Below, one piece after another: positions 1 to 5,923 of a stretch of 5,923 nucleotides of DNA. Under the pieces are notes generated by a model. It was not told the DNA's origin and made no database searches. It saw only the letters and a program-made list of their open reading frames with translations. Position 1 is the stretch's first letter. The number at the start of each line of letters is the position of its first letter. The DNA lies in the NCBI RefSeq assembly GCF_006345805.1, contig NW_021829788.1, positions 1 through 5,923 of the forward strand, in the 5' to 3' direction. Origin of the DNA: Octopus sinensis. Its lineage: Eukaryota. The translations under genes were made by a program, and so were the position numbers.

Positions 1-213
1 GATTATTGTAAGTAATATTACATTTAATTCATTGATAGCGAAACAATTGTCCCAAAATAATCTGTATTTTTGTTATTTTTTATTTGCCCTGTCCGTGTGA
101 GCTAACAGTCGTACTTGGCTTTCATGGGAAACATGTATTTCGTGGTTGAAACCTTTTGGATTAACTGGTGCTAGAGTGATCAATATAGTGACCACTCTCT
201 TATATTTATTTTG

Positions 214-259
214 TATATATATATATATATATATGTATATAATATATATATATATATAT

Positions 260-291
<32 letters not shown>

Positions 292-314
292 TGTATATAT
301 ATGTATATATATAT
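214..314. repeat. Interrupted (TA)n microsatellite
   Basis: About 100 bp of alternating TA with occasional TG, AA and TT interruptions, read directly. Confidence 0.97.
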
Positions 315-473
315 GATAGAAATATTAAAATAACTAAGTCTCTCTAAAAGAGAACAGCGGCAGCGTTCCCGGAAAATAATAGTTATCGCCATACTAATAT
401 GGCATTCTTATAAAAATAAGAAAAAAGCTGTCCGCTTATTAGCTCCATGAGGGCATCGCCTTAAGTTAGCCCG

Positions 474-511
474 CATATACATACATATATACATACATGC
501 ATATATATACA

Positions 512-562
<51 letters not shown>

Positions 563-690
563 GAATGTACATAGATTCACACACTCATGTGCACACACAC
601 ACTGATACACACACATATAGTTGTGCGTGTTTGTGTATGTATATATATCCTCATGCATCTTTATATAATCATACATGATTACATATGACA
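474..690. repeat. Compound (TA)n/(CA)n/(TG)n microsatellite with a pure (TA)22 core at 518-561
   Basis: CATA/TA repeats followed by CACA and TGTG runs, read directly. Confidence 0.95.
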
Positions 691-740
691 CCGCGTAGCA
701 ATTCTTTGTCCTAAAATCCTAGATTGCCACCTACTAAGTG

Positions 741-871
741 GTTTCTGGATTAGGTACAAGGCCAGTGGTTGTGTTTTTGTGGGGAAGGTCGAAAGTCGAG
801 TAATTGGACTTCAGCACCTCTGAGAAATGAAAGGCAAAGGGGAGTTCGACAGGAAAGGAACTCAGAACGCA
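741..871 (-). mobile_element. Degenerate tRNA-derived SINE fragment (octopus-type), 5' head truncated
   Basis: Minus strand reads CGTTCTGAGTTC...TTTGCCTTTCAT...ACTCGACT...CCTTCCCCACAAAA...GGCCTTGTACCT...AGAAA. These blocks match, in order, my recollection of an abundant octopus SINE (cgttctgagttcaaattcc...tttgcctttcat...aatcgact...ggccttgtgcc). Recall only, not searched. Confidence 0.55.
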
Positions 872-1080
872 AATAGTGAATCAATTTTTGTTATTTTTCT
901 TTTAAGATTTAACATTTATACACACACGTATATATGATTTATTTTTCCCTCTCTCTCTATCTTTCTATAACTATGCAACTTAATAGAATAACTTTGTTAC
1001 ACGCACGTCAGAAATATTATTTAAATATTTGTTTGTCCTGTCCATCGTATATATAGACTTATACATAAACACACATGCAT

Positions 1081-1228
1081 AGGCATGGCTGTGTGGTAAG
1101 AAACTTGCTCCGCAAGCACGTAGGTCCAGATTCAGTTTCCACTGCATGGCATTTTGGGAAATTGTTTTCTACTATAGTCTCGGGATGACCAAATCTTTGT
1201 GAGTGGATTGGGTAGACGGAAACCGAAA
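1081..1228 (+). mobile_element. 5' half of a tRNA-derived SINE (second octopus-type family), 3' truncated
   Basis: A-box-like TGGCTGTGTGG (1086-1096) and degenerate B-box GATTCAGTTTCC (1129-1140) at tRNA-like spacing. These are followed by TTCTACTATAG...GACCAAA...TTGTGAGTGGATT.GGTAGACGGAAAC.GAAA, which matches my recollection of a common octopus SINE body. Confidence 0.7.
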
Positions 1229-1259
1229 TTTTATAGGTTCTGTTGATTTGGGGTAATCC

Positions 1260-2015
1260 TGTATATGTTGAGCTAAAGGGTGAAAGCCGAGCTGAGGCGA
1301 TTTTCTTCAAAGAATTGAATCTTTCAGGCAACGTCTCCCAGCGATTGAAGATGGCAACTGAATTCTGTAAGCTGCTTCTTTCAAGAGATTTTCGTAATTC
1401 CATATATTTTCCCCCCATAATTCTGAAGTGGTTAATTCAATCATTTCCACTTCAAAGCTATCCTGTATATTTGTTTTTTAGCCAAAATGTGATAGATTAA
1501 ATGAGTTTGTTTTCAAATCCCTCAAAGTCGGGTTTCATGAGAAATGAAAATATAGGAGCATCTGTTTCGAAATATTTATCCCACTTGGAAAATTCTTCTT
1601 TCAACGTTGCAATATATTTTTGAAGTTCGTTTTTATTAAATATTAAATCGATTTGAATAATCTTTACATTTGGAAAGTATTTTTATGTATTGCTAAATTT
1701 ATCACGCAAAAAAATCTGATTTTAACAAAATCCTTTCCAATATTCAAAAACATCAAATACTGTTTGACCTCTCTCTTGTAAATGCAAATTTTAATCATTC
1801 AAGTACCTGTCACTTAGAAGCATCAGTTTAAATAACCCGTCTTCGTTGTTCAATTCTGGCAACTGTTTCCTTTCAAGAAATATTCTTCTAAGCATGATAC
1901 AAATCTGTTCAAAACATTACCCCGACAAAGCCAACGGACTGTAAGGACCGTGCGATGCGAGTTGACAAGAATGGCTCTTTAGTACCACATCACACAGCCC
2001 TTACAATAAAGAGAA
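1260..2015 (-). pseudogene. Degraded C-terminal half of a hAT (Buster/Charlie; GTF2IRD2/EPM2AIP1-like) transposase
   Basis: Manual translation across frameshifts and stops gives LYC[insertion]TVRWLCRGNVLNRFVSCLEE..PELNNEDGLFKLMLLSD..LND*NLHLQERGQTVFDVFEYWKGF...EMIELTTSELWGGKYMELRKSLE...WETLPERFNSLKKIASARLSPFSSTYT. VRWLSRG and W..LP..F..LKK.A...S.F.STY are hallmark Buster-family motifs. It breaks off just before the STYxCE catalytic Glu. Confidence 0.85.
1944..2001. mobile_element. 58-bp non-autonomous mini-element (MITE-like) with 14-bp imperfect TIRs and TA target-site duplication
   Basis: AGGACCGTGCGATG (1944-1957) and CATCACACAGCCCT (1988-2001) are inverted repeats (11/14 match), flanked by TA at 1942-1943 and 2002-2003. 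Removing the element plus one TA restores an in-frame hAT motif LYCTVRWLCRG. Confidence 0.65.
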
Positions 2016-2018
2016 ATT

Positions 2019-3035
2019 TTATTCATCAAAGTCTGTACCATTAATATAAACACATTTTTGCCAATGAGTTACAAAGTTTGTTTATTCCGTTAACATAAAA
2101 ATCTGGAGTTCTGGAGTTGATGGACTCTTTGAACGCGCTTTCAGCATCGTTTTGATTTTTCAACTCCTTCTCTCGAAGGAAACCATAAAGATACTTGAAA
2201 AAGTGGTAGTCGTTGGGAGAAAGGTCTTGGGAATAGGCTGAGTAGGGAATATCTTCGTAGCCAGATTCCCTAAACCTCTGGGGCGTCATTAGTGAAACGT
2301 GTGGTCGAGTATTGTCATGAAGAATGATTGGCCCTCTTCTGTTGACCAGTCTGAGACAGAGGAGTAGCAGTTTTTCGTTCATATTGGCAATTTCTTGGTA
2401 ATATGTTTCTGCAGTAATGGATTTTCTGGGTTTTAATAAGTTATAGTGGATGAGTCCAACAAGCACATCACTAAACAATCACCATAATCTCTTTTTTGAA
2501 GAGATCGGGTTTAGGGAAGCTTTTCGGTGCTTCATTTGGGTCCATCCACTGCGAAAAACATTTTCTATTATTATACAGAATCTACTTTTCATCGCAAATA
2601 CGGTCAAGAATTGGATCGGTCTGGTTTCGGCGAAGAAGCGATGAGCACATTTCATAAGTTCACATTTTCTGATTTTCATTCAAATCGTGTGGTACTCAAA
2701 TGTCGAGCTTTTCTGATTTTCCGATCGCATGCAAATGGTTTCAGGCATTTTCTGGCTGACTTGAAGTTCTTTTGCCAGTGCTCGAGTGGTTTTACGTGGG
2801 TCTTTCTCAATGACAATCTTCAGTTGACCGTCATACGATGACAGACGGGCGTCCACTACGCTCAAGATCTTCAGGTTTCCACTGCTAAATCGTTAAAGCC
2901 ATTTTCAAACTGACCACTCACTGGTCATTTCCTCACCAAACGTTCGTTGACATCGTGAGCAGTTTCAGCTGCTTTACATCCTTTTTTGATGTTGAATAGC
3001 AAATTTGCTCGAATATCGCGCTTTGACAGTTGCAT
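2019..3035 (-). pseudogene. Full-length dead mariner transposase (DD34D, cecropia/Hsmar1-like), both TIRs missing
   Basis: ATG at 3035: MQLSKRDIRANLLFNIKKGCKAAETA..FGEE..EDLERSGRPS..QLKIVIEKDPRKTTRALAKEL..LDI*VPHDLNENQK..ILDRICDEK*ILYNN..PKPDLFKKKIMV..GLIHY..GPIILHDNTRPH-(34 aa between the Asp residues)-YSQDLSPNDYHFFK..GINKLVTHWQKCVYINGTDFDE* (stop 2019-2021). It carries several frameshifts and in-frame stops. About 339 codons, the normal mariner length. Confidence 0.97.
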
Positions 3036-3299
3036 TTCAGATGATTGCAACAACGGTGAAAAAATATCAATGTTAATTTATTGTTGCATTTGGGAAAGTC
3101 TATGTCTGAATTGTCTGTGTGTTTGGTTCTGTTTCTTTTTCTTTTGTGTGTTCAGGCGACCTCTTGCCATTTTGGTCTTTCGTCGTCCCTATCCGCGCAA
3201 GGTATGTCTGAGTGCTCCGAACAGGGGAGGGGCAAATCTTGTAGAGCTTTTTGGCGTTGTCCTATTCATAACGTTGTTGCTTTTTTGGTGGCGGGGACC

Positions 3300-3465
3300 G
3301 GGGTTGATGCTGTTGTTTTTGCTGCTGCCCGTGCTGCTGCGATTAGTGTTGCTGCTACTGTTACTATTGATTTTGTAGCCGCGATGGTCACCTGCCTCTG
3401 TTGGTGCTGTTGCTATTGTTGTTATTGTTGCTGTGGTGGTGGCGGTGGTGGTGGTGTTGATGATG
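3300..3465. repeat. Imperfect trinucleotide repeats (GTT/GCT/GGT)n within the ORF1 linker
   Basis: Runs of tgttgc/ggtggt; the minus strand encodes poly-P/Q/A/T. Confidence 0.85.
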
Positions 3466-3844
3466 TTGGCAAAATTGAGAGGCTCCTTTCTCTAATTTGT
3501 TGTGGGCAATAGAAGATCTTTAGATGATTTGTGTTCCCACACAGATGATACCGAAACCATCAGCTTTCAAAGGCCACGTGGAGGTTGGTGCCACCGTGTG
3601 AATTTATGATATCTGGAATTGTGTCCAGATTTTGGCTGTCCATTTTCACCCACAATTTTAGGCCTTGACCCGAATAGTTTTGTTAGTAAAGTTTCCGCAT
3701 CTGTAAGATGCTCGTTTTGACCTATATGTCCAAGGGGACAGCTACCCCCAAGAATCAGCTGTCTATTTCTGGTGGTGTGTCTTCTTTTTTAGGGTCAAAG
3801 TGGATTGATTCCTTGCCTTCTCTTCATTTTCCTGTTATGTTTTT

Positions 3845-3893
3845 GTTGGTGCTGATGGTTGTGATGCTGTTGTTGTTGTTGCTGCTGCTGCTG
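3845..3893. repeat. Imperfect (GTT)n(GCT)n trinucleotide repeat
   Basis: GCTGTTGTTGTTGTTGCTGCTGCTGCTG read directly. Confidence 0.9.
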
Positions 3894-4035
3894 TCTTTGC
3901 TTTGTTTCTCAAAAATATTCAGAAGCGGAGGTGACAAAATGTCAAAACGGATGATGTAAGAACCTTTACTTGCCTCGATTTGGGAAGCCAGACTGAACTT
4001 TTTCTTTATAAAATATTAATTTGTAGTTTTTAAAA

Positions 4036-4112
4036 CACAAAATTCGCCTTTAAGGGGCGAATTCTGGCCACCGCAGCTAGCCCCGCTTACAGCGAGGTGG
4101 GTTCTGTGGTCA
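4036..4112 (-). other. GC-rich tandem stem-loop island in the presumed 5' UTR of the LINE relic
   Basis: Perfect 8-bp hairpin AATTCGCC/GGCGAATT (4041-4063). On the minus strand CCUCGCU-gua-AGCGGGG is nested inside ACCACAG/CUGCGGU. The flanks are AT-rich. Confidence 0.6.
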
Positions 4113-4198
4113 ATAAAATTTTGAAAACAACATTGTAACAACAAATTCTAAAGAAAACTTAGAGCTCCGAACAACTAGTCTCCAAAACCGGACACAAA

Positions 4199-4215
4199 AA
4201 TAATAATAACAATAA
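4199..4215. repeat. Short (TAA)n microsatellite
   Basis: AATAATAATAACAATAA read directly. Confidence 0.75.
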
Positions 4216-4399
4216 AGAAATGGAGAAACTTTCAAAATACAAAGACCTGGAGATAGAGGTAACTCGAACGAGGAATCTAAAAACAGAAACAATTCCTATC
4301 ATAGTAAGTGCATTAGGCATGATAAAAAATTATTCAGACAAATACATAACAAAAACACCAGGATTTACAAACACATATAACATACAGAAAATTGCATTG
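4214..4399 (+). mobile_element. Fragment of the C-terminal restriction-like endonuclease domain of an R4/Dong-type non-LTR retrotransposon
   Basis: MEKLSKYKDLEIEVTRTRNLKTETIPIIVSALGMIK...NIQKIAL matches the EK..KY.DL..E+...W.......P++.GALG...QK.A motif that ends RLE-LINE ORFs. It is truncated at both ends, and the rest of the ORF-track ORF is read-through into other DNA. Confidence 0.85.
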
Positions 4400-4418
4400 T
4401 TGAATTATTCTTTTAGAT

Positions 4419-4432
4419 CAGTATTTCTCAAC
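4419..4432 (+). mobile_element. Candidate left hAT (Buster/Charlie-type) TIR
   Basis: CAGTATTTCTCAAC matches the family-typical CAGTGGTTCTCAAC at 12/14. It is preceded by TTTTAGAT, which fits the nnnTAnnn 8-bp target preference. Confidence 0.45.
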
Positions 4433-4559
4433 GAGGATATCAGAGGAGAGTTTCAGGGAGTCGCTGGCGATGTATCGTGATGATCAAAAATCCAACCTGC
4501 TAAAATTTGGTTAGTGATTCAAACTGCAGACTCAACGCAAAATGGTCACATTTAATTCA

Positions 4560-5016
4560 AAGCGTTAAAAATGTTATGAAAACAATTGGTATGAGTTCAC
4601 AAAGTCCAAACGATTAATAGGGAAAAACCCTCCAGGCTACATCCCGAAAATTCATTTCTTTGCCGAATTTCTACAATGTTTACGGCGATTCGTCTTGCTT
4701 TTTTATTTTTCATGCAATTTACGCATGCTTGCACGCGTGGTGAACACAGTTCACGTCAAACAGCTGACTGAGTAAAGTTCACTATTCAATGCATGGGAGA
4801 AGGCCTAAACAAACACATTATCGATTTTTGCACTTGCGAGATGAATTTCGGAACAGAAATAGCGCAGTTCAATTTTCATTCGCCTAAACTTTAAGTGACC
4901 CATGTTTGGTGGTTCTACGATTTGTTGGTTAGGAGGAGATGTGCCGGGAAGTAAAAGACACAGACACACACACAGATACACAGATAGACACACAAGTTGA
5001 GTTTTATATATATAGA
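4560..5016 (-). mobile_element. Helitron-like non-autonomous element, 5' end (3' limit uncertain)
   Basis: Minus strand begins A|TCTATATATATAAAACTCAACTT followed by a (TGTG/TCTG)n tract and CTCCTCCTAACCAAC. This is the typical 5' architecture of invertebrate non-autonomous Helitrons. No convincing hairpin+CTRR 3' end was found, so the start coordinate is approximate. Confidence 0.5.
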
Positions 5017-5191
5017 TTTACGTTCATGCTTTATTCTTGTTTTCAGTAAAAAAAAAGTAAGTAAAATGAAATCATGAAAGTGTATTTGAGGAAAAATGTG
5101 TATGAATGCTTCTAAAACTGGGGTACAGGAAAAATCCTTTGATACAATACAGTTGCTTGTGGGGTCCCATCGGATTTAACGACCCAACCGG

Positions 5192-5205
5192 GTTTACAAC
5201 CACTG
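5192..5205 (-). mobile_element. Candidate right hAT TIR
   Basis: GTTTACAACCACTG reverse-complements to CAGTGGTTGTAAAC (12/14 to CAGTGGTTCTCAAC). It is preceded by a GGGGTC block typical of such MITE ends. Confidence 0.45.
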
Positions 5206-5265
5206 CGTATTTAGGGTCTACGAAACTAATGGTTCGCTAGTTTTGTATATATATATATTACACCC

Positions 5266-5328
5266 CCCTCCGAGTATGGTTACAGATGTGTGTAGGAGTG
5301 CGTTTGTGTTTGTGTGTGTGAGTTTGGT
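5266..5328. repeat. Degenerate (TG)n low-complexity tract
   Basis: tgtgtgtag...tgcgtttgtgtttgtgtgtgtgagtttggtg read directly. Confidence 0.7.
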
Positions 5329-5520
5329 GTTTTCTTTGATATTATTACGCGTTAAAGCTATAATATTTTTATAAATTTCTTCACACTAATTTATCAAAAT
5401 TTAATTTTTTAGCTTTAAATATCCAATCACGAAAACAAAAATATATTTGTCATGTGGAACAGGGGTGAATTTTAGTTCCTTCGGAGAATCTGCAATTTGA
5501 AGTTAATAACATTGAAATCT

Positions 5521-5547
5521 CTGACATTTCCTATTTTTTTTTTACAG
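5521..5547 (+). promoter_or_regulatory. Spliceosomal branch point, polypyrimidine tract and 3' acceptor
   Basis: CTGAC (branch A at 5524), TTTCCTATTTTTTTTTT, then ACAG ending at 5547. Confidence 0.85.
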
Positions 5548-5567
5548 ATAAATCTACGCCTGGCAAT

Positions 5568-5758
5568 ATGTTTCACCACGTAGTATCATATAGACGGTCT
5601 CTTGTGTTGATACTGTGTACTATATTGTTTTTGGAGACTCAAGCTGATTCAGATATATGCAACACATGTAATTGCAATTCACTTGCAACGGGAATAAATT
5701 GTGCACGTCGCAATTTACTATCAATTCCACAACCAATTCCGACGAATGTTGAATATTT
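5568..5758 (+). CDS. Coding part of an exon (5548-5758) for a secreted or cell-surface leucine-rich-repeat protein: signal peptide + LRRNT cap
   Basis: MFHHVVSYRR-SLVLILCTILFL-ETQA|DS resembles a signal peptide. It is followed by ICNTCNC...INCARRNLLSIPQPIPTNVEYL, an LRRNT pattern (C-x2-C-x-C-x8-C..L..IP..IP). A strong acceptor lies upstream and a GTAAGT donor splits the Leu codon (phase 2), as is typical of LRR exons. The stop in the ORF track lies inside the donor. Confidence 0.85.
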
Positions 5759-5764
5759 GTAAGT
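5759..5764 (+). promoter_or_regulatory. 5' splice donor GTAAGT
   Basis: Perfect consensus immediately after ...GAA TAT TT. Confidence 0.85.
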
Positions 5765-5923
5765 ATTTGACACTTTCTACGTATTTTCCACATCCAATAT
5801 TTTAAATTCTCATTGATTATGTTCTCAGCTAATCGCTTATGCTGTTTATCTCACAGCTTTAAGCACAATCTTATGTTAGAGTAAAACAAATCGATATGTT
5901 ACCTGCTGTGAAGTCAAATAAAC

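Larger units (their letters stand above)
3085..3930 (-). pseudogene. Degraded ORF1 (gag-like, zinc knuckle) of an L1/Tx1-type non-LTR retrotransposon
   Basis: One minus frame from about 3770 to 3085 reads PPEIDS*FLGVAVPLDI*VKTSILQ..SGQGLKLWVKMDSQNLDTIPDIINSHGGTNLHVAFES*WFRYHLCGNTNHLKIFYCP. This includes a decayed CX2CX4HX4C knuckle at 3506-3550 with the first Cys changed to Tyr. A P/Q/A/T-rich linker and RPKWQEVA*THKRKR follow. The layout matches L1/Tx1 ORF1 as I recall it; the clade is inferred and no ORF2 is present. Confidence 0.68.

Noticed and set aside
330-473. GC-richer stretch with small palindrome GCCATA-ctaa-TATGGC (388-403)
   Set aside because: Probably another repeat fragment, but I cannot assign it, and a 6-bp stem is expected by chance.
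180-691. Minus-strand ORFs of 70 and 76 aa (IYIYIY...)
   Set aside because: They are translations of (TA)n/(CA)n microsatellites.
1059-1500. ORF-track ORFs 1059-1418 (-) and 1243-1500 (+) as genes
   Set aside because: The first is the dead hAT frame reading through into an antisense SINE; the second is its antisense shadow.
1940-2005. TGT...ACA termini suggesting a solo LTR or Ginger element
   Set aside because: There is no 4-6-bp TSD outside TG/CA. The extra symmetry comes from the palindromic TGTACA target, and only the TA-TSD model restores the hAT frame.
2460-2700. Four Trp codons of the mariner converted to stops (TGG to TAG/TGA), hinting at deaminase hypermutation
   Set aside because: Too few sites with mixed contexts; ordinary GC-to-AT decay explains them.
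2450-3959. Plus-strand ORFs 2450-2644, 2527-2841, 2986-3378, 3081-3512 and 3708-3959, some membrane-protein-like
   Set aside because: They are antisense to the mariner and LINE ORF1; the poly-L/V/C/G runs derive from trinucleotide repeats.
4041-4063. Hairpin as a bacterial Rho-independent terminator; any CRISPR or prokaryotic system
   Set aside because: The context is eukaryotic (spliceosomal signals, SINEs, microsatellites), and there are no spaced direct repeats or operon-like genes.
5827-5883. Possible next exon after CTAAT...TCTCACAG (acceptor 5855-5856)
   Set aside because: Phase-2 joining gives FFKHNLMLE* with a stop after 9 codons and a broken LxLxxN spacing. The AG at 5827-5828 gives an immediate stop.

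Overview
Eukaryotic, AT-rich, microsatellite-dense animal DNA, most likely an octopus or other cephalopod. That assignment is inferred from my recall of two SINE families and the repeat style, not from a database search. About 90% of the window is a graveyard of decayed transposable elements: two SINE fragments, a hAT (Buster/Charlie, GTF2IRD2/EPM2AIP1-like) transposase relic split by a 58-bp TA-flanked mini-element, a full-length but dead DD34D mariner (Hsmar1/cecropia-like) ORF lacking both TIRs, an L1/Tx1-like ORF1 relic with a structured 5' region, an R4/Dong-type RLE-LINE fragment next to (TAA)n, hAT-like TIRs and a Helitron-like 5' end. The only host gene feature is a plus-strand exon (5548-5758) encoding a signal peptide plus an LRR N-terminal cap, with clean splice signals, so most of the window is probably the upstream intron of an LRR surface or secreted protein gene. 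I see no intact novel gene system. The most curious items are the same-strand, terminus-free LINE/mariner/hAT chimera, the 58-bp mini-element and a GC-rich structured island with partial HDV-ribozyme-like features.
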